A stretch of DNA of 64,000 nucleotides from Frankiaceae bacterium (GTDB lineage: Bacteria > Actinomycetota > Actinomycetes > Mycobacteriales > SCTD01): assembly GCA_016650445.1 (NCBI GenBank), contig JAENVS010000011.1, forward strand, positions 177,099 to 241,098. Reading direction: 5' to 3'. Below, one piece after another: positions 44,226-55,046 of this stretch (positions within the stretch are counted from its first letter, which is position 1; each line of letters begins with the position of its first letter). Below the pieces are notes generated by a model. It saw only the letters and a program-made list of their open reading frames with translations, was not told the DNA's origin and did no database searches. A program made the translations under genes and the position numbers.

Positions 44226-45083
44226 CTAGTGACGCGGCGCATCCCGTTTAGCTGTTGCCTTCGCCTGGACGACGGCGTCGTACACCTCTCTCTTCGGTAC
44301 GCCGGTCTCCTGGGCGACCGCCGCGACCGCGTCCTTGCGGCTCAGACCGGCCTCCTCGCGCACGTGCACCTGCCGGACCAGCTCGTCCGCGGTCAGCTCG
44401 ACGGCCGCCTCCGGGGCACCGGCGACGACGATGGTGATCTCGCCGCGCACGCCGTCGGCCGCCCACGCCGCGAGGTCGGCGAGGCTGCCGCGGCGGATCT
44501 CCTCGTGCGTCTTCGTCAGCTCCCGGCAGACGACGGCGGCCCGATCGGCACCCAGGACGGCGGACATGTCGGCGAGTGCCTCGGCCAACCGGTGCGGCGC
44601 CTCGAAGAACACGGCAGTACGCCGCTCGGCGGCCAGTGCGCCCAGGCGCGCCCTCCGCTCGCCACCCTTGCGCGGCAGGAAGCCTTCGAAGCAGAACCGA
44701 TCGCTGGGCAGTCCGCTCACCGCGAGCGCGGTGGTGACCGCCGACGGCCCTGGCACGCAGGTGACGGGGAGGTCCTCGGCAGCCGCAGCGGCCACGAGCC
44801 GGTAGCCAGGGTCGGAGACGGTCGGCATCCCGGCGTCGGTGACGAGCAGCACCCGCTGGCCGGCGCGGAGGGCATCGAGCAGCTCGGGCGTGCGACGCAG
44901 CTCGTTGCCCTCGAAGTACGACAGCACCCGGCCGGTCAAGGTGATGTCGAGGTCCTTGCACAGCCGGTGCAGCCGCCTGGTGTCCTCAGCGGCGACGACC
45001 TCGGCAGTCGCGAGCTCCTCGCGCAGCCGCGCGCTCGCGTCGGCGGCGCGGCCGATGGGCGCACCGGCCAGGACGAGAGGCAT
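44226..45083 (-). CDS. rsmI: 16S rRNA C1402 2'-O-methyltransferase
   Basis: [37 protein letters not shown]. Confidence 0.95.
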   Translation of the reverse strand: MPLVLAGAPIGRAADASARLREELATAEVVAAEDTRRLHRLCKDLDITLTGRVLSYFEGNELRRTPELLDALRAGQRVLLVTDAGMPTVSDPGYRLVAAAAAEDLPVTCVPGPSAVTTALAVSGLPSDRFCFEGFLPRKGGERRARLGALAAERRTAVFFEAPHRLAEALADMSAVLGADRAAVVCRELTKTHEEIRRGSLADLAAWAADGVRGEITIVVAGAPEAAVELTADELVRQVHVREEAGLSRKDAVAAVAQETGVPKREVYDAVVQAKATAKRDAPRH

Positions 45084-45110
45084 GTCCCCGATCCTCGCAG
45101 CCACCGTCCC

Positions 45111-45178
45111 CGCATTGAGGGTCGGGATCGGACCCGCTTGCAACGTTGCAAGCGGGTCTTGACCCGACCCTCAACGCG
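45111..45178. repeat. long nested palindrome (REP-like)
   Basis: Perfect 28-bp GACCCGCTTGCAACGTTGCAAGCGGGTC (45131-45158) flanked by TTGAGGGTCGGG / CCCGACCCTCAA. Confidence 0.85.
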
Positions 45179-45213
45179 AGGCGCTGCCGGCCCGACCTCA
45201 TAGGGTGCACGAC

Positions 45214-46755
45214 ATGACGACGACGCTGGACGCCGCCGCTGACACCGACGTCCCGGAGCCGGAGACCAGCTGGCGGGACCGGATGCGGCCGCTCGTCGGA
45301 GGCGGCGGCTGGATCCCGGCGCTCGCGATCACGCTCGTGGCCGGCCTGCTGCGGTTCATCCGGCTGGACATCCCGCGCGGCAAGATCTTCGACGAGATCT
45401 ACTACTCCTGCGACGCGCAGAACCTGCTCCGCTTCGGCGTGGAGCAGGGCAGCAAGCCCAACTCCAACTGCGTCCCGAGTGGCGAGCCGGGGTTCATCGT
45501 GCACCCGCCGCTGGGCAAGTGGCTGATCGGGATCGGGGAGAAGACCTTCGGCCTGAACGAGTTCGGCTGGCGGTTCAGCGCTGCCGTAGCCGGGACGCTG
45601 AGCGTGCTGGTCCTGATCCGCCTCGCCCGAAGGATGACGGGCTCGACCCTGCTGGGATGCATGGCGGGCGTCTTGCTCACCCTCGATGGGCTGCACTTCG
45701 TGCAGAGCCGCGTCGCGATGCTCGACATCTTCCTGATGCTGTTCATCCTCAGCGCGGTCACCTGCGCGGTGATCGACCGCGACCAGATCCGCGGTCGCCT
45801 CGCCGCGATGGACGACGAGGTTCTCGAGGGCTGGGGACCCGCCCTCGGACGGCGACCCTGGCTGATCGCGGCGGGCGCATGCATGGGCGGAGCCGTCGCG
45901 ACGAAGTGGAGCGGGCTGTACTACCTGGCGCTTCTCGTCGTGCTCGTCTACCTCTGGGAGGTTGGCGCCCGGCGGACCGCGGGCATCGACGCGCCGTGGC
46001 GCGCCACGGTCCGTCGCTCGCTGATCCCGCTGCTGGGCTGGCTCATCGTGCTTCCCGCGGCGCTGTACGTGCTCTCGTGGTTCGGCTGGTTCCACGCCTC
46101 GAACGGCTGGGACCGACACTGGGCGACGGCGGAGAACGCGACGTACGGCTTCCTGCCCGACTCGCTGCGGTCGTGGTGGCACTACCACTCGGAGATGTAC
46201 GGCTTCCACAGCAACCTCGAGAGCAAGCACCCCTACCAGTCGCACCCGCTCGGCTGGCTGGCGCTCGCCCGCCCGGTGTCGTACTACTACCCGGCCGGCG
46301 TCGGTCCCGGCGACTACGGCTGCGAGGTGCAGTCGTGCTCTCGCGAGGTGTTGGCAATCGGTACGCCGGCGATCTGGTGGGGATCTGTCCTGATGCTGTT
46401 CGGCTCCATGTGGCTCTGGATCTCACGGCGTGACTGGCGGGGTCTTGCGGTGGTGCTGCTCGTGGCCGTCTCGATCCTGCCGTGGATCCCGAGTGACCTG
46501 AGCCGCCGGACGATGTTCCTGTTCTACGCGCTGCCCGCCGTGCCCTTCATGTGCCTCGGGCTCGCGCTCATGGCGGGGTGGGCCCTCGGGCCGGCGACGG
46601 CCGGCGCACGACGTCGGGCCACGGCCGCGACGGCCATCGGGGTGTACGTGTCCGTGGTCGTCCTGAACTTCGTCTACCTGTACCCGGTCCTGGCCGCGCA
46701 GACCTTGACGTACGCCGACTGGCACAAGCGGATGTGGTTCTCGAGCTGGATCTGA
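45214..46755 (+). CDS. pmt: protein O-mannosyltransferase (PMT/GT39)
   Basis: IFDEIYY, VHPPLGKWLI, SRVAMLDIF, KWSG, HPYQSHP; divergent from rsmI as in other actinobacteria. Confidence 0.92.
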   Translation: MTTTLDAAADTDVPEPETSWRDRMRPLVGGGGWIPALAITLVAGLLRFIRLDIPRGKIFDEIYYSCDAQNLLRFGVEQGSKPNSNCVPSGEPGFIVHPPLGKWLIGIGEKTFGLNEFGWRFSAAVAGTLSVLVLIRLARRMTGSTLLGCMAGVLLTLDGLHFVQSRVAMLDIFLMLFILSAVTCAVIDRDQIRGRLAAMDDEVLEGWGPALGRRPWLIAAGACMGGAVATKWSGLYYLALLVVLVYLWEVGARRTAGIDAPWRATVRRSLIPLLGWLIVLPAALYVLSWFGWFHASNGWDRHWATAENATYGFLPDSLRSWWHYHSEMYGFHSNLESKHPYQSHPLGWLALARPVSYYYPAGVGPGDYGCEVQSCSREVLAIGTPAIWWGSVLMLFGSMWLWISRRDWRGLAVVLLVAVSILPWIPSDLSRRTMFLFYALPAVPFMCLGLALMAGWALGPATAGARRRATAATAIGVYVSVVVLNFVYLYPVLAAQTLTYADWHKRMWFSSWI

Positions 46756-46761
46756 TCGCGG

Positions 46762-48288
46762 CTACTGGCGGTACGACAGGGTGGTCATCATGCCGCGTTC
46801 GGCGTGGTAGATGTTGTGGCAGTGGGTCATCCACTGCCCCGGGTTGGTCGCGTCGAGCACGACGGCGACGCTGCTCATCGGCAGCACGATGACGGTGTCC
46901 TTGCGGGCGCCGTCGGCGACCTCGAACGTGTGCCCGTGCACGTGCATCGGGTGGAACATCATCGAGTGGTTGGTGAACCGCAGCCGGACGCGCTCACCCC
47001 GCTCGACCGGCAGCGGCTTGCTGTCGTCGAACGTCGTGCCGTTGATCGTCCACCGGTACGGCTGCATGGTGCCGCCGAGCACCAGGTCGTGGGTCCGGTC
47101 GACTCGCCTGGCTGGTAACCGCACGTCGGGCGCGGCGCGCAGCCGCGTACCGAGCAGTGCTGAGCCGCTCAGCTCGGCAGGGCGCGTCGACGGCGACGGC
47201 ACGCTGCCGGAGCCGGTCCGGACGACAGCACGCGCGATGCCGGTCTTGCCTTCGGGTGCAGCGACAAGGACGAACACACCCTCGCCCAGCGTCACCTCGA
47301 CGTCGTAGCGCTCCCCCATCCCGACGACGAGGGCGCTCGTCGTAGCGGGGACGACAGAGAACCCGTCGGAGTGGGTGACGGTGAGCTGGTGGCCGGCGAG
47401 CGCGACGCGGAACGCAGTGTCGGAGCCGGCGTTGACGATGCGCAGCCGGATCCGCTGCCCCGGCTTGGCGGTGAAGGTTTGCGGCGCGGCCGGGACCCGG
47501 CCGTTGATCAGGTAATGCGGGTAGGTGACGTCCCCGGCGCCGCCGAGCAACGGCGAGGTCATCGCCTCCCCCATCCCGCCCATGCCGCCGCTCATCCCGC
47601 TCATGTCGTGACCCATGTGCCCGGACCCGGAGCCCGCATCGCCGCCGGCACCCACCAGCGCGGTCAGGACGTCGTCGGGGCTGCGGCCGGTGCCGTCGAT
47701 CCAGTCGTCGAGGACGACGACCCACTCGTCGTCGTACCGGCCCGGCTCGTGCGGGTCGTCGACGACGAGCACGCCGTAAAGGCCGCGGTCGAGCTGCACG
47801 CCGGAGTGCGGATGGAAGAAGTAGGTGCCCGGGTCGGGGACGGTGAACTCGTACCGGAAGGTGGCGCCGCGCCCGATCGGGTCCTGCGTGACGCCGGGCA
47901 CGCCGTCCATGTCGTTGCGCAACGCGACGCCGTGAAAGTGCACGCTCGTGGTCGCCGGCAGTCGGTTGCTCACGTCGACGCGCAGCAGGTCGCCGGCGCG
48001 GGCGCGCAGCAGCGGTCCGGGCACCGTGTCGCCGTACGCCCACGTGTCGACCATGACGCCACCGAGGTCGACCGTCGCCGGCTGCGCGATCAGTCGCGCC
48101 GTGACGGTCCTGGCGCCGGCGGTACGGCGGGCCTCCTCGGCACGATCGACGGCCGCGGACGTCGCAGCGACCGGCTTCGCGCCGCGGCTGCAGCCGCCGA
48201 GCGCGGCCGCACCGGCGACACCGGCGACACCGGCGGCGGCGAGCAGCTGGCGGCGGGTGAGCTCAGCCACGGGACCCAACCTCCTCAT
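46762..48288 (-). CDS. Tat-exported multicopper oxidase
   Basis: LTRRQLL Tat motif, [29 protein letters not shown]; Met-rich insert. Confidence 0.93.
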   Translation of the reverse strand: MRRLGPVAELTRRQLLAAAGVAGVAGAAALGGCSRGAKPVAATSAAVDRAEEARRTAGARTVTARLIAQPATVDLGGVMVDTWAYGDTVPGPLLRARAGDLLRVDVSNRLPATTSVHFHGVALRNDMDGVPGVTQDPIGRGATFRYEFTVPDPGTYFFHPHSGVQLDRGLYGVLVVDDPHEPGRYDDEWVVVLDDWIDGTGRSPDDVLTALVGAGGDAGSGSGHMGHDMSGMSGGMGGMGEAMTSPLLGGAGDVTYPHYLINGRVPAAPQTFTAKPGQRIRLRIVNAGSDTAFRVALAGHQLTVTHSDGFSVVPATTSALVVGMGERYDVEVTLGEGVFVLVAAPEGKTGIARAVVRTGSGSVPSPSTRPAELSGSALLGTRLRAAPDVRLPARRVDRTHDLVLGGTMQPYRWTINGTTFDDSKPLPVERGERVRLRFTNHSMMFHPMHVHGHTFEVADGARKDTVIVLPMSSVAVVLDATNPGQWMTHCHNIYHAERGMMTTLSYRQ

Positions 48289-50585
48289 CGTGCGTGCAGC
48301 GCGGTGAAGCGACGGAGCCGCAGCGCGTTCGTCACGACGAACACGCTGGACAGGGCCATCGCCGCGCCGGCGATCAGGGGGTTCAGCAGCCCGGCGGCGG
48401 CGAGCGGCAGCGCAGCGACGTTGTAGAAGAACGCCCAGAACAGGCCCGTCTTGATCGTGGTCAGGGTGCGGCGGGACAGCCTGATCGCGTCGGCGGCGGC
48501 GCGCAGGTCACCGGTGACCAGGGTCAGGTCGCTCGCCTCGATCGCGACGTCGGTGCCGGTGCCGATCGCCAGGCCCAGGTCGGCCTGCGCGAGCGCGGCC
48601 GCGTCGTTCACCCCGTCGCCGGTCATGGCGACGACGTGCCCTTCGGCCTGCAGGCGCTTGATGACCTCGACCTTGTCGGCGGGCAGCACCTCGGCGATCA
48701 CGTCCTCGATCCCGACCGCGGAGGCGACAGCCTGGGCGGTGCGGGTGTTGTCGCCGGTGAGCAGCACCGGGCGCAGCCCGAGGCTCTTGAGAGCGGCGAT
48801 CGCCTCGGCGCTGGTCGCCTTCGGGGTGTCGGCGACGACGAGGACGCCACGCGCGATGCCGTCCCAGACGACGAACACCGGTGTCTGCCCGGCCCGCTCG
48901 GCGCGGCTGCGGGCCGCGTCCAGCTCGGCCGGGACCGTCACGGCGTGCTGCGTGAGGAGCGTGTCGCGGCCAACGAGCGCAGCGTGCCCGTCGACGGTCC
49001 CGGTGACGCCGAGCCCGGCGGTGCTGGCGAACTGCTCGACAGCAGGCAGCGGGCCAGCGGCGGCGGCCGCGGCGGCGATGGCTGCCGCGATCGGGTGCTC
49101 CGAGGCATGCTCGAGGCCGCCCGCGATGCGCAAGACCTGCCCGGCGTCCTCGCCCCGCCCGGGCACGACGTCGAGCAGAGCCATCTTGCCGGTGGTCACG
49201 GTGCCGGTCTTGTCCAGCACGATCGTGTCGACGCGACGCGTCGATTCCAGGATCTGCGGGCCCTTGATGAGGATGCCCAGCTGGGCGCCGCGGCCAGTGC
49301 CGACCAGCAGCGCGGTCGGCGTGGCCAGCCCGAGTGCGCACGGGCAGGCGATGATGAGCACCGCGACGGCGGCGGTGACGGCCTTCGCCGCGCCCGCGCC
49401 CTGCAACAGCCAGAAGCTGAGCGTCGCGACGGCCAGCACGATCACGATCGGGACGAACACCGCCGAGATGCGGTCGGCGAGGCGCTGCACCGGCGCCTTG
49501 CCGGACTGCGCGGCAGTGACCAGCCGCGCGATCTGCGCCAGGGCGGTGTCGGCGCCGACCTTCGTCGCGCGGACCAGCAGCCGCCCGCCGGCGTTGACGG
49601 TCGCGCCGGCGACCTCATCGCCGGGGCCGACCTCGACCGGGACGGACTCGCCGGTAAGCATGCTCGCGTCGATCGCGGAGGTGCCCTCGACGACGACCCC
49701 GTCGGTCGCGACCTTCTCCCCGGGCCGGACGACGAACTCGTCACCGACGGTCAGCTGCTCGACGCCGACGCGGACCTCGGCGCCGGCACGCAGCACCGCC
49801 ACGTCCTTGGCGCCGAGCACGAGCAGCGCCCGCAGCGCCGCGCCGGAGCGGCGCTTGGCGCGCTCTTCGAAGAACCGGCCGAGCAGGATGAGCGTCGTGA
49901 CGCCGGACGCGACCTCGAGGTAGATGGCGGGGTCCTCGCTGTCACCGGACGGGACCAGCTCGAAGTCCATCCCCATGCCGGGTTCCCCGGCGCCGCCGAA
50001 GAACAGCGCCCACAGCGACCAGCCGAACGCCGCGAGCACCCCGATGGAGATGAGCGTGTCCATCGTCGCGGCCCGGTGGCGGGCGCCCCGCGCTGCGGCG
50101 CGGTGGAACGGCCACGCACCCCACACCACGACCGGCGCAGCGAGCGTGAGCGACGCCCACTGCCAGAACCGGAACTGGGCTGCCGGCACCATCGCCACCA
50201 GCACGACCGGCACGGTCAGCGCCGCGCACACCAGCACCCGCTGCCGCAGGCCGACGCCGTCTCCAGGGTGCTCGGGCTCGCTCCCACCAGCCTGCCCGTG
50301 GTGCTCGCCACCGCTCTCAGCGTGGCGGTCGCTGCGCGCTGCGGGCAGCTGCGGCAGCGTCGCGGTGTACCCGGTGGCCTGCACGGTCGCGACGAGCGCG
50401 TCCGGAGTCACGGTCGCCGGGTCGTAGGAGACGGTCGCGGTCTCGGTGGCGAAGTTCACCGTCGCGGTGACGCCGTCGAGCCGGTTGAGCTTCTTCTCGA
50501 TCCGCGCGGCGCAGGACGCGCACGTCATCCCTGCCACCGCGAGATCCAGCTGCGCGGGCGTCGCGTCTCTTCTGGTGGTGCTCAT
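48285..50585 (-). CDS. copA: copper-translocating P1B-type ATPase
   Basis: GMTCASC, TGES, CPC, DKTGT, SEHPI, GDGVND, YN..MALSS. Confidence 0.95.
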   Translation of the reverse strand: MSTTRRDATPAQLDLAVAGMTCASCAARIEKKLNRLDGVTATVNFATETATVSYDPATVTPDALVATVQATGYTATLPQLPAARSDRHAESGGEHHGQAGGSEPEHPGDGVGLRQRVLVCAALTVPVVLVAMVPAAQFRFWQWASLTLAAPVVVWGAWPFHRAAARGARHRAATMDTLISIGVLAAFGWSLWALFFGGAGEPGMGMDFELVPSGDSEDPAIYLEVASGVTTLILLGRFFEERAKRRSGAALRALLVLGAKDVAVLRAGAEVRVGVEQLTVGDEFVVRPGEKVATDGVVVEGTSAIDASMLTGESVPVEVGPGDEVAGATVNAGGRLLVRATKVGADTALAQIARLVTAAQSGKAPVQRLADRISAVFVPIVIVLAVATLSFWLLQGAGAAKAVTAAVAVLIIACPCALGLATPTALLVGTGRGAQLGILIKGPQILESTRRVDTIVLDKTGTVTTGKMALLDVVPGRGEDAGQVLRIAGGLEHASEHPIAAAIAAAAAAAGPLPAVEQFASTAGLGVTGTVDGHAALVGRDTLLTQHAVTVPAELDAARSRAERAGQTPVFVVWDGIARGVLVVADTPKATSAEAIAALKSLGLRPVLLTGDNTRTAQAVASAVGIEDVIAEVLPADKVEVIKRLQAEGHVVAMTGDGVNDAAALAQADLGLAIGTGTDVAIEASDLTLVTGDLRAAADAIRLSRRTLTTIKTGLFWAFFYNVAALPLAAAGLLNPLIAGAAMALSSVFVVTNALRLRRFTALHAR

Positions 50586-50591
50586 CGCGAG

Positions 50592-50795
50592 CTAGCTGAC
50601 GACGGTGTAGCCGGCGTCGTCGACGGCCGCGGCCACGGCCGCGTCGTCGATCTCTGCACCGGTGACGGCGACGGTCTTGCTGGCCAGGTCGACGGTCACG
50701 TCGGTGACGCCGGCGAGCTTGGTGACCTCACCCGTGATCGCCTCGACGCAATGGCCGCAACTGATCTCCGGGACCGAGTACGTGCGGATGGTCAT
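50592..50795 (-). CDS. copZ: copper chaperone (HMA domain)
   Basis: ISCGHC; 67 aa; start ATG 50795. Confidence 0.92.
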   Translation of the reverse strand: MTIRTYSVPEISCGHCVEAITGEVTKLAGVTDVTVDLASKTVAVTGAEIDDAAVAAAVDDAGYTVVS

Positions 50796-50811
50796 GGGAA
50801 GTCCTTCCTGG

Positions 50812-51108
50812 TCATGAGCGGACGAGGCGGCGGACGGCTGCCGCGGCTTCGGTGATCTTCGCGTCGGCGGTCGGGCCGCCGATGACGATCGCGTCGTGGA
50901 CGCAGTGGTGCAGGTGCCCTTCAAGCAGGTTCAGCGCCACTGCTTGCAGTGCCTTCGTCGCGGCAGAGATCTGGGTGAGGACATCGATGCAGTACGTGTC
51001 GTCCTCGACCATCCGCTGCAGCCCGCGAACCTGCCCTTCGATGCGGCGCAGCCGGGTGCGCAGCGCGTCCTTGTCAGCTGCGTACCCGGGGCTTCGGCGT
51101 TCGCTCAT
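50812..51108 (-). CDS. csoR: copper-sensing repressor
   Basis: RLRRIEGQVRGLQRMV, YCIDVLTQ, HLHHCV. Confidence 0.94.
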   Translation of the reverse strand: MSERRSPGYAADKDALRTRLRRIEGQVRGLQRMVEDDTYCIDVLTQISAATKALQAVALNLLEGHLHHCVHDAIVIGGPTADAKITEAAAAVRRLVRS

Positions 51109-51140
51109 CGTTTGCGCTCCTCTCCGTCATGCCGAACGCT

Positions 51141-51157
51141 ATACCCCCTCCCGGTAT
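51141..51157. promoter_or_regulatory. CsoR operator
   Basis: ATACC-CCCTCCC-GGTAT pseudo-palindrome with C/G tract upstream of csoR. Confidence 0.75.
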
Positions 51158-51252
51158 GCCAGTAGGGCCATTGGTCCCTACTCACGACCAGCGGACAGCT
51201 GCTCAGCGACGGCCAGCTCGACCCGAGCCGGGACGACCAGCCACAGCCCAAC

Positions 51253-51300
51253 GTGAAAGATGTCCCGAGACACCTGTGAACGGTGTCCCGAGACATCGCG
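51253..51300. mobile_element. IS481-family terminal repeat remnant
   Basis: Two direct copies GTGAA..TGTCCCGAGACA (GTGAAAGATGTCCCGAGACAC / GTGAACGGTGTCCCGAGACAT) abutting tRNA-Ala 3' end; no transposase nearby. Confidence 0.55.
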
Positions 51301-51302
51301 CG

Positions 51303-51378
<76 letters not shown>

Positions 51379-51407
51379 GAGAATGTCTCAGGATTTCGGT
51401 GCCGAGG

Positions 51408-52187
51408 CTACCAGTCGCCCGATGCCCGCCGGCCGTCGAGAATGTCGTCGAGCTCGTCGTCCTCGTCGAGGATCCCCAGCCCGACGTCGTCCGCCTCGGC
51501 TGCGGCCGACCACTCCCCGGGCCGCGTGAGGTCGACGACGCGAGTGGCTCGCGGCGGCGCGACCGGTGCGTTGACGTAGGTCGGGACCGGGAACGCCACC
51601 GGATCCCAGGTGCCGGCCTCGGCCGTCACGGCGACAGGCTGCGGGTCCTCGTAGCGCGCCGCCGGACCAGGAAGGGACGCGGTGAGCGGAGCCGGCCGGG
51701 ACGGCATGCGCTGCGGAACCCCGGGGACCCGGTGCGAGCTCTGGTCGGCCTCCAGCCACACCGACCCGTCGTGGCGCATCGCGTCGCGGTAGACGCGCTC
51801 CTGCTTGCGCAGCGCCAGGCGACGCAGGTGAACGACGAAGACCGCCGTCAACGACGCGAACACGACGAAGAGCGGGTAACCCCATGCCGAACCGAGCAAG
51901 CCGAAGAACATGTTGACGGCCGACAGCCCCGCGAGGGTCAGCAGGACCCGGCGGCGGCGCACGGCGACCGGAACACCCGGGGTGGGCTCGACCGGCGGCG
52001 CCGGCAGCACGAAGCTGCGGGGCGATCCCCGGCCGGTCTGCTCCCGGCGCGAGAGCACCCGCATCGCCTCGTTGAAGCGGTCGACCGACGACAGCGAGCT
52101 CGACGCGTCGTGGGACCGCAGCGCCATGGGGACGAGCACGGCGAGCCAGGCCCCCACGATCAGGAGGAGAAACAGCCCGCTGCCCAC
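51408..52187 (-). CDS. glpR: GlpR/SepX-like divisome membrane protein
   Basis: N-terminal TM with AWLAVLVP, RRRR+TM pair, WDPVAFPVPTYV; conserved position between rimJ and tRNA-Ala. Confidence 0.75.
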   Translation of the reverse strand: MGSGLFLLLIVGAWLAVLVPMALRSHDASSSLSSVDRFNEAMRVLSRREQTGRGSPRSFVLPAPPVEPTPGVPVAVRRRRVLLTLAGLSAVNMFFGLLGSAWGYPLFVVFASLTAVFVVHLRRLALRKQERVYRDAMRHDGSVWLEADQSSHRVPGVPQRMPSRPAPLTASLPGPAARYEDPQPVAVTAEAGTWDPVAFPVPTYVNAPVAPPRATRVVDLTRPGEWSAAAEADDVGLGILDEDDELDDILDGRRASGDW

Positions 52188-52262
52188 GGGACCCGACGGT
52201 AGTGACGCGGACGCGGACCGTGGCGGACGTGCGCCGGTGTGTCGCGCCATTCATGAGAACGG

Positions 52263-52886
52263 TCAGGGCGGCGCTGGGCGCACCGCGTGCCACCGGCGCA
52301 GCATCCCGTCCGGGACGTCCTCCCTGGTCACCGCGAAGGACAGGTGGTCGCGCCACGCACCGTCGATGAACAGGTAGCGCAGGTGCATCGCCTCCTCGCG
52401 GAAGCCCAGCTTCTCCACGACGCGACGCGACGCGACGTTCTCGGGTCGGATGTTGGCCTCGATGCGATGCAGGCCGACGGCGCCGAAGCAGTGGTCGACG
52501 AGCATCGCGAGCGCGGTCGGGAGCACACCACGTCCTGCCACGGCAGCGTCGACCCAGTAGCCGACCGAGGCGCTGTCGAAGGCGCCCCGGATGACGTTGC
52601 TGGCGGTCACCTGTCCGGCGAGGCGGCCGTCGTAGGTGACGGCAAGAGGCAGCGTGCGACCTGCCCTCGACTCCTTGCGGACGTTGCGCAGCATCGCGGT
52701 GAACACCACCGGGCTGTGCCGGTCGGCCCACGTCGCCGTCGGCTGCGACTCCGGGCGGCCCTCCCACGGGCTGAGCCACCGCTCGTTGCGGATGCGCACC
52801 TCGCTCCAGGTCGCGGCGTCGCGCACGCGCAGCGGCCGCAGCCCGACCCGGCCGTCCTCGAGCATGACCGGCCAGCCGCGGGCCAT
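52263..52886 (-). CDS. rimJ: RimJ/RimL family GNAT acetyltransferase
   Basis: WLSPWE, VGYWVD, LHRIEANIRPEN..S, IDGAWRDH. Confidence 0.88.
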   Translation of the reverse strand: MARGWPVMLEDGRVGLRPLRVRDAATWSEVRIRNERWLSPWEGRPESQPTATWADRHSPVVFTAMLRNVRKESRAGRTLPLAVTYDGRLAGQVTASNVIRGAFDSASVGYWVDAAVAGRGVLPTALAMLVDHCFGAVGLHRIEANIRPENVASRRVVEKLGFREEAMHLRYLFIDGAWRDHLSFAVTREDVPDGMLRRWHAVRPAPP

Positions 52887-53386
52887 CAGTGGTCGCCACC
52901 TCGCAGCTGCGCGACGAGGTGGCCCACGACCGGTGCCAGCACAGTCACCCCGTCGCGAACCCCGCCGGTCGACCCCGGCAGTGTGACGACGAAGGCACTG
53001 CCCACTGTCCCGGCGACAGCGCGCGACAGGATCGTCGTCGGGACCTCGTCACGGCGGTGCTGCCGCAGCGCTTCGACGATCCCCGGCGCGTCCCGCTCCA
53101 GCAGCGGCCGCACCGCCTCGGGCGTGACGTCACGAGGCGCGAACCCAGTGCCCCCGGTCGTCACGACCACGTCGTTGCCGTCCGCGACCGCCGCGCGGAC
53201 TGCTTGCTGGACGGCGTCGACCTCGTCCGGCACGACGACGACCGCGCCCACAGCGAACCCGAGGTCGCTCAGCAGCGACGCCAGCAGAGGTCCCGAGGTG
53301 TCGTGCCGCAGACCGCCGTGCGAGCGGTCCGAGACGGTGATGACCGCCGCGCGAGCACCGGTCGGCAAGCCCTCTACCGCTGCCAT
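52886..53386 (-). CDS. MogA/MoaB molybdenum cofactor biosynthesis protein
   Basis: TVSDR, DTSGP, TTGGTGFAPRDVTPEA, LPGS. Confidence 0.93.
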   Translation of the reverse strand: MAAVEGLPTGARAAVITVSDRSHGGLRHDTSGPLLASLLSDLGFAVGAVVVVPDEVDAVQQAVRAAVADGNDVVVTTGGTGFAPRDVTPEAVRPLLERDAPGIVEALRQHRRDEVPTTILSRAVAGTVGSAFVVTLPGSTGGVRDGVTVLAPVVGHLVAQLRGGDH

Positions 53387-53838
53387 TGGCCCGTCTTCCC
53401 GCCCGTCTTCGACTCGACCTGCACGTCACGAATCACCGATCGCGGGTCGACGGACTTCGTCATGTCGACCACGGTCAGGCACGCGACGATGACAGCCGTC
53501 AGTGCCTCCATCTCCACGCCTGTCCGGTCCGCCGTGCGCACCGTCGCGGTGACGGCCACACCCGCGTCGTCGACGGCGAGGTCGACGGTGACGCCGTGCA
53601 CGGCGATCGGGTGGCACAGCGGAACGAGGTCGGGGGTCCGCTTCGCGGCCATGATGCCGGCGATCCGCGCGACCGCGAGGACGTCGCCCTTCGGCACCCC
53701 TTCACCGCGCAGCAGCCGGACGGTCTCGGCCGAGAGGTCGACCCGGCCGGTGGCCGTCGCCGTACGGAGCGAGACCTCCTTGGCGGCGACGTCGACCATC
53801 CGCGCGGCGCCGCTGTCGTCGACGTGGCTGAAGCTCAT
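53374..53838 (-). CDS. moaC: cyclic pyranopterin monophosphate synthase
   Basis: ARMVDV, KGDV, PLCHP, TGVEMEAL. Confidence 0.96.
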   Translation of the reverse strand: MSFSHVDDSGAARMVDVAAKEVSLRTATATGRVDLSAETVRLLRGEGVPKGDVLAVARIAGIMAAKRTPDLVPLCHPIAVHGVTVDLAVDDAGVAVTATVRTADRTGVEMEALTAVIVACLTVVDMTKSVDPRSVIRDVQVESKTGGKTGQWQR

Positions 53839-55046
53839 CGTCCGCGCCGCTCCAGGACCAGCACTTCCACGGGCGACCCGACCTCGACCCGCGTCACGTC
53901 CTCGGGCACCACGGCGAGCGCGTTGGCGCGCGACATCCCGGCCAGCAGGTGCGATCCCGGACCCGACACCGGCCGGATCCGGTAGGCGCCGTCGCGCACT
54001 TCGAGCGCGACCCGCAGGAAGGACCGCTTGCCCGGCGGCGAGTCGAGTGCCACGTCTGTCACGGCCTGCACGCGCGGCCGCTCGATCGGCACGGCGCCCA
54101 GCATCGTGCGCAGCGCCGGCCGCACGAACATCTCGAACGACACGAGCGCGCTGACCGGGTTACCCGGCAACCCGAACACCGGTGTGCGGTCAGGGCCGAT
54201 CGTGCCGAAGCCCTGCGGCATCCCCGGCTGCATGGCGACCTTGTCGAACGACACCGTCCCTAGACGCGACAGCACCTCCTTCACGACGTCGTAGGCACCG
54301 ACGGACACCCCGCCACTCGTCACGAGCACATCGGCACGGACGAGCTGGTCCTCCAGGGTGTCGGCCAGCTTCCTGGGGTCGTCCGGGACGATGCCGACGC
54401 GGTAGGCGATCGCACCAGCCTCGACGGCGGCGGCGGTCAACGCCGGGCTGTTGCTGTCCTGGATCTGGCCGGGACCGAGCGGCTCGCCGGGCTCGACCAG
54501 CTCGCTGCCGGTGGAGACCACGACGACACGGGGCTGGGGACGCACGACCAGCCGCGCCCGGCCGACGGCTGCGGCCAAGCCGATCTGCGCGGCACCGAGG
54601 TGCACGCCAGTGGCAAGCACGACGGTGCCGGCCGTCACGTCTTCGCCCGCCCGTCTGACGTAAGCACCGACATCCGGTCGACGGTCGATGCGCACCTGCG
54701 CGACGCCGCCGTCCGTCCACTCGAGGGGGACCACCGCGTCGGCGCCGGCGGGCATCATCGCCCCGGTCATGATGCGGACGCACAAGCCGGGCTGAACCCG
54801 CAGGGGCGAGGCAGGGCCGGCAGCGATGTCTCCGACGACCGGCAGCACAACGGGAACGGTGCCCAGGTCGGCGACCCGCACGGCGTAGCCGTCCATCGCG
54901 CTGTTGTCGAAGCCCGGCAGCGGCGCCGAGGCGACGACGTCCTCCGCGAGGACGCACCCGTGAGCGTCCATCAGACCGAGCTCCAGCGGCGGCAGGGCGT
55001 GCACCACCGACAGCACTGACGCGAGATGCTGCGCGACCGTCTTCAT
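53835..55046 (-). CDS. moeA: molybdopterin molybdotransferase (gephyrin-like Glp)
   Basis: SAMDGYA, IMTGA, TGSEL, SGGVSVG, LPGNPVS. Confidence 0.95.
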   Translation of the reverse strand: MKTVAQHLASVLSVVHALPPLELGLMDAHGCVLAEDVVASAPLPGFDNSAMDGYAVRVADLGTVPVVLPVVGDIAAGPASPLRVQPGLCVRIMTGAMMPAGADAVVPLEWTDGGVAQVRIDRRPDVGAYVRRAGEDVTAGTVVLATGVHLGAAQIGLAAAVGRARLVVRPQPRVVVVSTGSELVEPGEPLGPGQIQDSNSPALTAAAVEAGAIAYRVGIVPDDPRKLADTLEDQLVRADVLVTSGGVSVGAYDVVKEVLSRLGTVSFDKVAMQPGMPQGFGTIGPDRTPVFGLPGNPVSALVSFEMFVRPALRTMLGAVPIERPRVQAVTDVALDSPPGKRSFLRVALEVRDGAYRIRPVSGPGSHLLAGMSRANALAVVPEDVTRVEVGSPVEVLVLERRGR

